From contig CAWHXY010000004.1 of assembly GCA_963833575.1 (NCBI GenBank), positions 192,001 to 256,000 of the forward strand: DNA of 64,000 bases. The letters are read 5' to 3'. Each line of letters starts with the position of its first letter. Within the stretch, counting starts at the first letter, position 1. The translations under genes were made by a program, and so were the position numbers. Under the pieces are notes generated by a model. The model was not told the origin of the DNA and searched no databases. It saw nothing but the letters and a program-made list of their open reading frames with translations. Below are positions 47,972 through 57,775 of this stretch, piece by piece. This DNA is from Candidatus Bathyarchaeota archaeon. Lineage in GTDB: Archaea; Thermoproteota; Bathyarchaeia; Bathyarchaeales; Bathycorpusculaceae.

Positions 47972-49990
47972 ATGAGCGATCTTGAAAACCGATTAACTCG
48001 CCTGCTAAATAGTGATTCGTACCTCGGCCCGTTTTCTGATCAAATTCGACACAGATTGGAAAATATTGAAAAAACAGAGGATCGCCTAACTCAAGGCAAA
48101 ATGACCTTAGCAGATTTCGCGTCCGGCCACGAATACTTTGGCATGCATTTTCAAAGAGGAGAATGGGTATTTCGTGAATGGGCACCAAACGCAACAAAGA
48201 TTTACCTGATAGGCGATATGAGTAAATGGCAAGAGAGCCGAGAATTTGAACTCCAAAAGATCAACAACTTTGGCGTCTGGGAAATTCACCTGACCGCTAA
48301 CAAACTAAAACATGGCGATTTGTATCGGCTCCGTATTCATTGGGCAGGGGGCGAAGGCGATCGCATTCCAGTGTACGCTCGACGAGTTATCCAAGATCCA
48401 AAAACATTGATTTTCAACGCCCAAGTATGGTCACCTCTTCAAACATATTGTTGGAAAGAAACTAATTTCAAAAGACCTGAAGAGCCCCCTATCATTTACG
48501 AAGCTCATATCGGTATGGCACAAGAAGAAGAAAAAATCGGAACCTTCCAAGAATTCACTCTCAACGTTCTTCCGCGAATCGTCGCCGCTGGATACAACAC
48601 GTTACAGCTAATGGCTATTCAAGAACATCCATACTATGGATCATTTGGATATCAAGTATCAAGCTTTTTCGCTTCTTCATCACGGTACGGAACACCTGAG
48701 GATTTGAAATTATTAATCGACTCTGCGCATTCCAAAGGGCTCAGCGTCTGCATGGATCTAATCCACTCCCATTCTGTGTCCAACGAGGTGGAAGGTTTAA
48801 GTCGCTTCGACGGAACACTATTTCAGTATTTTCATGAAGGCCCGCGAGGAATTCACAAGGCATGGGATTCACGAGTCTTTGATTATGGCAAACCTCAGGT
48901 TTTGCATTTTTTACTTTCCAATTGCCGATACTGGCTAGACGAATTCCACTTTGACGGTTTTCGGTTTGATGGCGTCACAAGCATGATTTACCTTGAACAC
49001 GGTCTTAAGAGAGTATTCACTTCCTACAACGATTATTTTGATGGAAGCGTGGATGAAGAAGCTCTTACATACTTGGCTCTAGCCAACAGGGTGATTCATG
49101 ATGTGAACACCGACGCTATCACCATAGCTGAAGACGTTAGCGGCATGCCTGGTCTAGCCGTTTCCCAGTCAAAGGGCGGGTTCGGTTTTGACTATCGCTT
49201 CGCAATGGGCGTGCCTGATTACTGGATCCGTCTAATAAAAGATTACAAAGATGAAGACTGGCCCACCAGTTACCTTTGGTTTGAGCTTACCAACCACAGA
49301 ACAGATGAGAAAACCATTAGTTACGCCGAATCTCACGACCAAGCATTAGTGGGAGACCAAACACTTATTTTCCGACTGATCGGCGAAGACATGTACAACC
49401 ACATGTCCATCGATGATGAAAATGCAAAGGTCGCCCGGGGAATAGCATTGCACAAGATGATCCGTCTAATAACCCTAAGCTCAGCCAACAACGGATATCT
49501 AAACTTCATGGGCAACGAATTTGGCCACCCAGACTGGATAGATTTTCCCCGGGAAGGAAACAACTGGTCATTCAAACATGCACATCGACAATGGCATCTC
49601 GCAGACGACACCCACCTAAAATATTATTTACTAGCCCGATTTGACCGCGACATGATTGCCCTAGCCAAAACACATCACCTACTTGAAACGCCTCTCCTGC
49701 AACTCCTGCATGAGGATTCCACAAAAAAAGTAATCATTTTCAAGAGGACTGATCTGATTTTTGCCTTCAATTTTAATCCCCAACAATCCTTTGCTGATTA
49801 TCGATTCGAAGCGCCTCCTGGAAAATATCGAATGATTCTAGACAGTGATTCACCAAAGTACGGAGGACACGGTCGCCTGGACCCCAAGCAAACTCATTTC
49901 ACTCTTTATGATAACATTGAAGGAAAAAATCAAAACATACTCAGTCTCTATCTGCCAGCGCGCATCGCTTTTGTCCTAGTAAGAACATAG
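47972..49990 (+). CDS. glgB: 1,4-alpha-glucan branching enzyme (GH13)
   Basis: REWAPNA, IYEAHIGM, EHPYYGSFGYQV, GFRFDGVTSM, AEDVSGMP, YAESHDQALVGD, FMGNEFGHP. Confidence 0.95.
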   Translation: MSDLENRLTRLLNSDSYLGPFSDQIRHRLENIEKTEDRLTQGKMTLADFASGHEYFGMHFQRGEWVFREWAPNATKIYLIGDMSKWQESREFELQKINNFGVWEIHLTANKLKHGDLYRLRIHWAGGEGDRIPVYARRVIQDPKTLIFNAQVWSPLQTYCWKETNFKRPEEPPIIYEAHIGMAQEEEKIGTFQEFTLNVLPRIVAAGYNTLQLMAIQEHPYYGSFGYQVSSFFASSSRYGTPEDLKLLIDSAHSKGLSVCMDLIHSHSVSNEVEGLSRFDGTLFQYFHEGPRGIHKAWDSRVFDYGKPQVLHFLLSNCRYWLDEFHFDGFRFDGVTSMIYLEHGLKRVFTSYNDYFDGSVDEEALTYLALANRVIHDVNTDAITIAEDVSGMPGLAVSQSKGGFGFDYRFAMGVPDYWIRLIKDYKDEDWPTSYLWFELTNHRTDEKTISYAESHDQALVGDQTLIFRLIGEDMYNHMSIDDENAKVARGIALHKMIRLITLSSANNGYLNFMGNEFGHPDWIDFPREGNNWSFKHAHRQWHLADDTHLKYYLLARFDRDMIALAKTHHLLETPLLQLLHEDSTKKVIIFKRTDLIFAFNFNPQQSFADYRFEAPPGKYRMILDSDSPKYGGHGRLDPKQTHFTLYDNIEGKNQNILSLYLPARIAFVLVRT

Positions 49991-50125
49991 AAGACCCTCA
50001 ACCATAAAACATGCCTCAAACAAAACAGAAAAAAGCTCTACCTCAAAAAACAAGATGAATGAGATTAAACAAATCTAAAGTAACACAGTGCCCAGATTTG
50101 TTTAGGATTTTAGGGTGAATCAAAA

Positions 50126-50496
50126 ATGGAAAGTTTCTCTAACGAAGCATATTATTTGTTTTTTTCTGCATTGGCAAATAGCACGCGTCTTGCAATAATT
50201 GATGTTCTAAAGCAAGGACCTAAGAATATTTCAGGTATTTCAGCGGTTCTGGAACAAGATGAACCCTAATCGCTGGCAACCTCAAACTGCTGGAACGTTC
50301 TTCACTATTGCTCTCTCAAGGTTCTGGAAAAGAGAACCGTTACTCTTTGAATATGGAAGCTTTTGCTCCGCTTTCCGAGCTTCTAACTTTTCATACGAAC
50401 AAGTATTGCCTTAATCTTAAGTTGTGTACCTCCCGAAAAACTCGAAGCCTACATGAAAAAAAAGCCGCCAAAGAGACATTCGTAGAAAACCAATGA
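50126..50496 (+). pseudogene. Frameshifted ArsR-family regulator
   Basis: MESFSNEAYYLFFSALANSTRLAIIDVLKQGPKN..EQDEP*, continuing in another frame as LIAGNLKLLE..RYSLN..HTNKYC. Confidence 0.75.
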
Positions 50497-50697
50497 TTCG
50501 TCCAGCACACCTTAAATTACAAATGATTACTTGCACAAGCCCCAAACCAAAAAACAAATCTAAAACAAAAAAGCAGCAAGATTAATTCTGCAAAGACTTC
50601 TAAGCAAAATAAATCAATAAGCAGTCAAATGAATAATAGAAAGAATTAAGTAACAACACTCACTACATATCATTTACTATTGTGAGTGTTCCGAAGA

Positions 50698-51609
50698 ATG
50701 ACTGAAAAACAGGAAAATTTGGAACAAAATAACGTGAGGGTCCCATCAAACTCTAATCAATCTCAAGGTGAAACAGAGGATCTAGAAAAACAAAGCGAAC
50801 AAGAAAAACTCAACAAAAAAAACGATGAAGAAAACTATAAAGTCATGCAATATGTAGGCATTTACCTCATAGTTTCACTGTCAGTTTTAATTGCGATTGG
50901 ATCGATTGTATATCTTCTGCATGTTAGCAGTCCTCTCGTAAAGACCGTTTTGTATGTTGGAGTATCTGGAGGTATTGGGGGAGTTTTCTATTGCATCAGG
51001 GGATTCATTTTTCATAATGTTAAGAATGATTTTGAAGCTAAGTGGAAATGGTGGTATCTTTATCAACCGTTAACTGGATTTGTGTTTGGGATATTAGCGT
51101 ATTTTTTGCTTGTCGGCGGACTTTTGACCCTGGGCTCAGTTGATCAAGTAGATTACAGTAAAGGCATTCTGCTTTATTGTTCAATTTCATTTCTGGCAGG
51201 CTTTTCAACTAAGAAATTCACCGAAAAACTTGATGAATTAGCCTCAAGTATCTTTTCGTCCTCTGAAAAATCTGCGGCATCTGAAACACCAGTTGCTAGC
51301 TTTGATGTTTCCGGATTCCCAAATCCCGCAACATCCGGCGCCCTTGGCTCAGTAACGGTTACAGCAAAAGATGCAAAAGGAAACTCCTTAGGCGACTATA
51401 TAGGCACGGTTAAGATAACTTCAAGCGACAAGGCTGCTCTGTTGCCTGACGATTACAAGTTCCAACCAAGCGACAAAGGAACACATAAATTCAATGTCAC
51501 TCTAAATACAACCGGCACCCAGTTGATTAAAGCCACTGATTCCGCGGATAACTCTATTATAGGCTCTCAAACTGACATAACCGTCAAAGCATCTTCGCCA
51601 CCGCCATAA
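50698..51609 (+). CDS. Membrane protein (4 TM) with C-terminal Ig-like domain
   Basis: SGGIGG..WWYLYQP..FLAGFS; VTVTAKDAKGN..YIGTVKITSSD. Confidence 0.75.
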   Translation: MTEKQENLEQNNVRVPSNSNQSQGETEDLEKQSEQEKLNKKNDEENYKVMQYVGIYLIVSLSVLIAIGSIVYLLHVSSPLVKTVLYVGVSGGIGGVFYCIRGFIFHNVKNDFEAKWKWWYLYQPLTGFVFGILAYFLLVGGLLTLGSVDQVDYSKGILLYCSISFLAGFSTKKFTEKLDELASSIFSSSEKSAASETPVASFDVSGFPNPATSGALGSVTVTAKDAKGNSLGDYIGTVKITSSDKAALLPDDYKFQPSDKGTHKFNVTLNTTGTQLIKATDSADNSIIGSQTDITVKASSPPP

Positions 51610-51809
51610 TAGAAACATAAGTCTTAAGCAACAAAAGTTATTTCCCACCTGCGAACCGGAAAAAAAGGGAGTTTTCTCAGTTTAAGCAAATTTGTTTGTA
51701 GGCTTAGGTTTACGAAGGTGTTCAAAACTGTTTCAGAGAACTGTTTCTAATCTATTTCAGCGAATTACCATAAGATTTTATGCACATGTTCTAATAAGGT
51801 GATTAAAAA

Positions 51810-52107
51810 ACGCAAAAAACTAAAGTGATCGTAGCGGTTGTCACAATAGCCGCTCTAACATTAACTATCGTGGGACTGGCAGGAGCCCAACTCAGTTAAT
51901 CAACCATACAACAACATCTGCACAAACCCAAACAATTCTATATCTAATTCAGTCTTTTGGAGTTGGATAGGCACCAGCTTTGGATTTAGAAACAACCAAC
52001 CATACGCAAACCAGCACGTTGCTCCTCAAGCATCAACGAGCAGTTCAGTATCAGCGCCATACCAAGGCAGCTATTACGGCTATGGACCCTGCACGAGAGG
52101 CGGGTAA
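51810..52107 (+). pseudogene. Decayed small secreted protein (start ATG>ACG, frameshifted)
   Basis: AGGTGA RBS, then KTKVIVAVVTIAALTLTIVGLAGAQ..FWSWIG.SFGFR..YYGYGPC. Confidence 0.5.
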
Positions 52108-52611
52108 GAAAACTCACCCTCCTTACAAGAGATTTCCTCATTTTCTTTGTTTTATCTTTAACAATTTGTAATGTCGGCTATTATCGCTGGCGATGCCTGA
52201 ATAGGGATAAATTGGGTGTAAAATTGGAAAAACGTTTATAATATTATCGCTACTACTATTGATAGTAGCTAAGCAATAAGAAGAAAGAAAAACCAGACAA
52301 AGACCCAACAAAAACCTTAACCTTCACAGCCCCAAACCCAAAAGCTCAAAAAACCACCCCAACAAGATCACAATTACTCCAAGCCGCCGCCAGAATCAAT
52401 CCCCTCGAAAAGCTTAATCTCCTTTCTCCTTTCAAGGGCGGAACCCTCTTTGCCAGTGAGAAGTTCTCCCTCTGGTGGCGGCTTACAAAGAAGTCAAATG
52501 GGTAATTAATTGAAATAAGAATGTTATCAAAACACGTTTTATTGATTGTAGGTACAAAAGAAAGTAATGATTTCAAGTTACGCGGAATTCTCTTGATTTT
52601 TAGGAAAAGTA

Positions 52612-52926
52612 TTATTTTTGTTCTATTTTTATTGCTTTTTTTGAATTTGTCATTTCTTGGAGTAGAGCGTAGTTTTCTTCCATCGTTTGTGAGAGAAAGT
52701 AGGTGGTGCCGTAGTTGTCGCCCATAGGGATTACAAGTTTGTGTTTTTGGAGGATTGACAGGTGGTGGCTTATTGTTTTGTAGCTTCTATTTAGGCGTGT
52801 AGCTAATTGGTTGGTATTTTGTGGGGTTTGTTTGAGGGTTTTGAGTATTTGTATTCGGGTGTCGCCGCCTCTTGTTGTTGTGAGCAGCCATTTTAGGATT
52901 TGTTGCGTTGGTTTCTGGTTTATCAT
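52612..52926 (-). CDS. ArsR-like winged-helix regulator
   Basis: WLL..TRGG.TRIQIL..PQNTNQLA..YKTISHHL..YG..YF. Confidence 0.87.
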   Translation of the reverse strand: MINQKPTQQILKWLLTTTRGGDTRIQILKTLKQTPQNTNQLATRLNRSYKTISHHLSILQKHKLVIPMGDNYGTTYFLSQTMEENYALLQEMTNSKKAIKIEQK

Positions 52927-53044
52927 AACGGGCTTCCCGAGTTTTAAGATGTCAACGCTACTATTTAAAATAGTAGCTACTTAAGCGTCTACGAACAAGC
53001 TACCCCCAACCCCGAACAGATAACTTTGATCAGGTTTTTGAAAG

Positions 53045-53168
53045 TCTCATTATCGAATTGTCTAATAATGTTAATAATGAACCTGCCTGCAAAAGATCAA
53101 GCTCTGAACTAAAAAAACAACCCAACCCATATTAAAAAAGGGCACCACAAGTGTTGTTGTTCTTCTTT
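53045..53168 (+). repeat. Dispersed element copy G (degenerate C-type array)
   Basis: AATTGTCTAATAATGTTAATAATG, CCTGCAAAA, AAAAAAACAACCCAAC, TGTTGTTGTTCTTCT. Confidence 0.8.
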
Positions 53169-53216
53169 TGAATGATTTCAAGATAACTGCATTCTAGCTT
53201 TAGTGTTGGCTTCGCA

Positions 53217-54992
53217 TTATTGCTTTCTTTCTTCAAGAGCTTCTTGGTCGAGGTAGTATTTTCCATTTACTTCTTTGAAGAGTTTTGTTTGTCCTTTGCG
53301 TCTTTCCATGAACCTTACGAATATTCGTGACAAACCGAGTTCTTTGGCTGTCATGGCTGTTTCTGGGCTGATGGCTCCTTTCTCCAGGAACTTTTTGATA
53401 TTTTGGTTAATTCTGTCTTGGCTCCAACCTTGTTGTTCGCTTGTTTCTTGTTGACTGAATGAAGGAGGTGTGACTTGTGCTGTCTCCGCGACTGATTGAA
53501 CTTTAGGTTGTTGAAGGGTTTGGCTTGGTTGTGTTTGATTATTTGATTCTTGGACCACGAAGTTAGGAGTTTTTGAAGTTGTTTTGTCTTCGCCGTCAGG
53601 GTCATTTCCAGTGTTATCTGCTTTTGACTCCTCTGAAGGAGCAGGGTTTAGTTTTATTATGATTTCAGTTTTGTTTTTAACTGAAACCGAGATAGGCATT
53701 GATTGTTTGTATCCTGTGGCGCTGGCTTTGATTGAGTAATCGCCGTCTTTGAAGTCGCTAAAAACAGTTTGTCCCTGTTTATTGGTGGTGCCTGTTAGAT
53801 CTTGTTGTCCGCTGGTATTGACATTTGCTCCAGAAATTGGCGATTGTGTTTTCGAGTTTTGTACCGTGACTGTGAATTTGCGTTGGCGACTGAGCCATAT
53901 GAAGATTATGATGATCAATAATATGATTATTATTATGATTATGATGATCCAGATAATTGATCCGAAGTTAGTTGAGCCTGGGTTTGAGTTTGGCGTTGTT
54001 GATGTGGTTGAAGGACCTGAGATTACTGATACAGTGCTGTCTCCGCCATTAGCAACATAAATTGCTCCATTTCCGGGATCATAGGTTCCTACCCAAGGTA
54101 GATGACCAACGGTTATGGTTTGAACCACTTTGTTTGTGCTGTCTGATATAACTGTGACTTCGTTGTTTTGATGAAGGGCTACGAACACTTGGTTGCTTCC
54201 AGAATCGTAAATTAGTCCTTCAACTTGCACTTCGAAGTTCAAGTCCGAAATAGTTGCAACCACTGCATTAGTGTTATCTGAAATAACTGTGATAACAGCA
54301 CTAGTAGGTACGAATATCTCGCCTTTTCCAGAATCGTAGACTACGAATTGAGGAATACCCGGCAGAGACACAGTTGCAACTACTGTGTTGGTATTATCAG
54401 ATATTATTGAAAGCGAGTAGTCTTTAGTGTCGGGGCTTGTATTGACTACGAAAATCTCACTTTTGCCAGAATCATAGGCGATGCCAAATGGGTCAGTCCC
54501 AACAGTTATTGTTGCTACCACAGTGTTAGTTTTATCTGATATAACGGAGACAGTGCTGTCGTATTGATTGGTTACAAATAATTCACTCTTTGCAGAGTCA
54601 TAAACTATGTTATAGGGAGATTCTCCTACGGGTATTGTTGCAATGACAGTGTTTGTGTTATCTGATATGACTGATACAGAATTGCTATACAAATTGACCA
54701 CGAATATCTCGCTCAATGCAGAGTCATAAGCTACACCATAAGGGTAACCTCCAACTGGAATAGTTGAAACGACGGTATTAGTGCTGTCAGATATAACAGA
54801 TGTAGTGTTGTCTTGGCCATTGGCTACAAATATCTCGCTTTTGGCAGAATCATAAGCAGCACCTGAGGGAGCGTTTCCGACCGGTATGGTTGCAGTTACT
54901 CCCAGGCCATTAACCATGTTAGCTGTTGACAAAATAAAAATTGCAATGAATAATAAAACGAGAAGTTTCGAAACTCCAATTTTCATAGTCAT
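53217..54992 (-). CDS. YVTN beta-propeller + Ile-rich TM + carboxypeptidase-regulatory-like domain + C-terminal wHTH-like domain
   Basis: AYDS repeats; poly-Ile TM; PISGANV..TTNKQG..YSIKASATGY; KFLEKGAISPETAMTAKELGL..KYYLD. Confidence 0.85.
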   Translation of the reverse strand: MTMKIGVSKLLVLLFIAIFILSTANMVNGLGVTATIPVGNAPSGAAYDSAKSEIFVANGQDNTTSVISDSTNTVVSTIPVGGYPYGVAYDSALSEIFVVNLYSNSVSVISDNTNTVIATIPVGESPYNIVYDSAKSELFVTNQYDSTVSVISDKTNTVVATITVGTDPFGIAYDSGKSEIFVVNTSPDTKDYSLSIISDNTNTVVATVSLPGIPQFVVYDSGKGEIFVPTSAVITVISDNTNAVVATISDLNFEVQVEGLIYDSGSNQVFVALHQNNEVTVISDSTNKVVQTITVGHLPWVGTYDPGNGAIYVANGGDSTVSVISGPSTTSTTPNSNPGSTNFGSIIWIIIIIIIIILLIIIIFIWLSRQRKFTVTVQNSKTQSPISGANVNTSGQQDLTGTTNKQGQTVFSDFKDGDYSIKASATGYKQSMPISVSVKNKTEIIIKLNPAPSEESKADNTGNDPDGEDKTTSKTPNFVVQESNNQTQPSQTLQQPKVQSVAETAQVTPPSFSQQETSEQQGWSQDRINQNIKKFLEKGAISPETAMTAKELGLSRIFVRFMERRKGQTKLFKEVNGKYYLDQEALEERKQ

Positions 54993-55309
54993 TTCTCTTC
55001 CTTCGAATCGGTTAGTTACAAAATAGATTTAAGGCTTTGGTTTACCCGCTAGCATTATCTTAAATTAATTTGAGATTTTCACTAATTATGAAAAATTTTC
55101 ATAAAACACAGAATGAATGAAGACTAAAGACATTGGAATCTCATATTATTTGATAGAGCTAATTGATTTCGGGATAAGCCAGCTGGTATTATATTTCTGA
55201 GACTTTAGTTTCGTCTAATCTGACCAGAAAGAAAAAAGTAAGAAATAACTCCGCCTGGAGTTATGTTTTCTTATAGTTTTTTGAATTGTTACGTTTGGAT
55301 TTTTTTCCG

Positions 55310-55412
55310 CCGGTTTTTTGACTTTCAGTGTAGCTGTGCATAAAGTTAATACTGTCATTGCGGCTACTGCGGAAACAATCGCTACATTGCTGAATTCTGG
55401 TACTGTAGGCAA
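55310..55412 (-). pseudogene. Orphan PEF-CTERM-like sorting tail
   Basis: PTVPEFSNVAIVSAVAAMTVLTLCTATLKVKK just after the stop of the upstream YVTN gene. Confidence 0.7.
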
Positions 55413-55430
55413 TGCAACTATTTTATTTCA

Positions 55431-57335
55431 CTATATCAGCAACAACCAGGCAATGAAGATAATTAGGGTAGCTACGAATAGTTCTGCCCAAAGACGTTTG
55501 CTATGGCTGAATATGTCTTTTCCACTCATGGGCGATATTGGGAACGTTCCAAAGAAAGAGCCGATCACACACATTGACAATCCGGCATCCCCAATAGCTG
55601 GGTAACCACCCTTCAAAAGCAAGAAGAATACTCCAGCGAAGGCTAGGCTGATAAGGATTCCTGAGGCAGCAACCATAGCGCCTAGGTGTTCTGTGTATTT
55701 TTTGGAGTTGACGCTTCGCGTGGGAGAAGAGAAAGGAACCTTAAAGGCAAAGGTTGTGAAAAGAAAAAGAACCAAGCCTAAGGGCCAAATTGAGTGTTCG
55801 CTCCATACGCCTTTGCTTCGCAGATACGCTATGGAGAAGAACTTTTGAACAAAGCCAACAATGAAGCTTGTTGCCAAGAAAACAGGTAATAACACCCAAA
55901 TTTGACTCAGAGTGATGACTTTGACATATGAGAAGGAAATGGCCAAAACAACAACCAAAACCACATACGCTAAAGTTTCAGTCTTAGTGGGTTTGAAAAC
56001 AGAACCAGCTTTATCTTTTGCGTCTAGCTTACGTCTAGAGGCAACAACTTCTTCAAGCCACTCTCTTATTTTGTCAGGAATCAAGTCTCGAGTCTTTTCT
56101 CCGATTGCTCCACCCACGCCCCCTAACGGGTTACTTATTACAGCAAAAAGCAACGAAACTACACCTAAGACTACTGCGGATACACCGACTGCTGCTACTG
56201 CATTAGTTGGACTAGGAACCCAAACCTGTTGCAAAAGGTCTGACGAAGAGGATGGCTGCGGTGATTGAGTAGGACTTGATGTTGGATTAGAATTTGGGCT
56301 TGCTGTTGGAGAAGTAATTGGAGTTGGCGACGAGGAAGTTCCTGGACTGGCCGTGACAGACGTGGAAGAATCCGATATTACAGAAACCGTGTTGGCTCCC
56401 AAATTTGTTACAAATATTTCGCCTTTTGTGGAATCGTATGCTACACCTGAGGGTGTGGTCCCTACGGTTGCTGTTGCAACGACAGCGTTAGTGCTATCAG
56501 AAATAACTGAGACAGTTCCAGAACCGTGATTGGAGACATAAATCTCGTTTGTGCCAGAATCATAAGCTACGCCGTAAGGGGTGGTTCCAACTGGTATGGT
56601 TGCAACAACTGCGTTGGTGCCGTCTGATATAACGGAGACTGTGTTGGCGCCTGAACCGTAATTGGCAACAAAAATCTCACCTTTGCCGGAATCATAGGCT
56701 GCGCCTGCAGGAGAGATTCCCACAGTTATGGTAGCAGTCACGGCATTATTGTTATCGGAAATAACTGAGACCGTATTATAGCCAGAATTGCAGACAAAAA
56801 GTTCTGCCTTTCCTGAATCATAGATTACTTTATTGGGATTTGTTCCGACGGTAACGGTTGCAACTACCGAGTTAGAACTATCAGAAATGACCGAGACTGT
56901 GTTGTCCCCAGAATTAACTACGAATACTTCACCTTTGACTGAGTCATAAGCTATGTTACTGGGAGTTGTTCCAACTGTCACGGTTGCAACGACAGCATTA
57001 TTACTATCAGATATGACTGAGACGGAGTTGGAACCATGGTTGGTCACAAATACCTCATTCTTACTAGAATCATAAGCTACCCCGGTAGGAGAAGTTCCGA
57101 CGGTCACTGTTTTGACCACGGCTTTAGTGCTATCAGAAATAATTGATATTGTGTTGTACCCTGAATTTGCTACGTAGAGTTCACCTTTGCCGGAATCATA
57201 AACTACTCCAGTGGGAGAAGTTCCCACCGTTATTGTGGAGGTTACTCCAACTGCATGGACACCACTAACTACAATAGAGCAAGCAAAAACAACCATGAAT
57301 ATTAATACCAAAAGCCTCAAGACTTTAGCATTCAT
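55431..57335 (-). CDS. YVTN beta-propeller fused to a multi-TM degenerate M50/S2P-like domain
   Basis: Seven AYDS repeats, S/P/T linker, multiple TMs, FPISPMSG.DIF. Confidence 0.85.
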   Translation of the reverse strand: MNAKVLRLLVLIFMVVFACSIVVSGVHAVGVTSTITVGTSPTGVVYDSGKGELYVANSGYNTISIISDSTKAVVKTVTVGTSPTGVAYDSSKNEVFVTNHGSNSVSVISDSNNAVVATVTVGTTPSNIAYDSVKGEVFVVNSGDNTVSVISDSSNSVVATVTVGTNPNKVIYDSGKAELFVCNSGYNTVSVISDNNNAVTATITVGISPAGAAYDSGKGEIFVANYGSGANTVSVISDGTNAVVATIPVGTTPYGVAYDSGTNEIYVSNHGSGTVSVISDSTNAVVATATVGTTPSGVAYDSTKGEIFVTNLGANTVSVISDSSTSVTASPGTSSSPTPITSPTASPNSNPTSSPTQSPQPSSSSDLLQQVWVPSPTNAVAAVGVSAVVLGVVSLLFAVISNPLGGVGGAIGEKTRDLIPDKIREWLEEVVASRRKLDAKDKAGSVFKPTKTETLAYVVLVVVLAISFSYVKVITLSQIWVLLPVFLATSFIVGFVQKFFSIAYLRSKGVWSEHSIWPLGLVLFLFTTFAFKVPFSSPTRSVNSKKYTEHLGAMVAASGILISLAFAGVFFLLLKGGYPAIGDAGLSMCVIGSFFGTFPISPMSGKDIFSHSKRLWAELFVATLIIFIAWLLLI

Positions 57336-57486
57336 TTGACTTCCCTCTCTCCTTGTTCCAAAAGGCTATCATTTAGTTTTCATTTAAAACTTCCGTTTGC
57401 CTGTTTAGTAGGACTCAATAAAGAATGTTATTCATTGTAAGTTTATAGAGGAAAAGAGACGATGTGGATTAAAGAGGGTTTGAGAA

Positions 57487-57696
57487 ATGGAGAAACCAAT
57501 AAAAACAAGTAACAACAGCAAAATGCATGGCATAATTTTGGGCGTGATAGGAATAATCTTAGCGATCGTTGGAGCAACAATAATAAGTGTTAGAGGTATG
57601 CCATTTCGAGGCTCAGGTCTTGGCACTATCTCACTTGTTATAGGTATTGTACTGCTAGTCATCGTAATGCTAAGTTTATTTTATAAACAGCCATAA
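57487..57696 (+). CDS. Small 2-TM membrane protein
   Basis: Two hydrophobic segments. Confidence 0.65.
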   Translation: MEKPIKTSNNSKMHGIILGVIGIILAIVGATIISVRGMPFRGSGLGTISLVIGIVLLVIVMLSLFYKQP

Positions 57697-57775
57697 TTAG
57701 CGTTCACCATAGACTCATCCATTTTCTTTTTTTCGAAGCACTCATGTTAGCACCCTACCCTTAGCTTGTTTATGT

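Noticed and set aside
33911-57335. YVTN or PQQ paralog similarity as a diversity-generating retroelement
   Set aside because: No reverse transcriptase and no adenine-specific template/variable repeat pair seen
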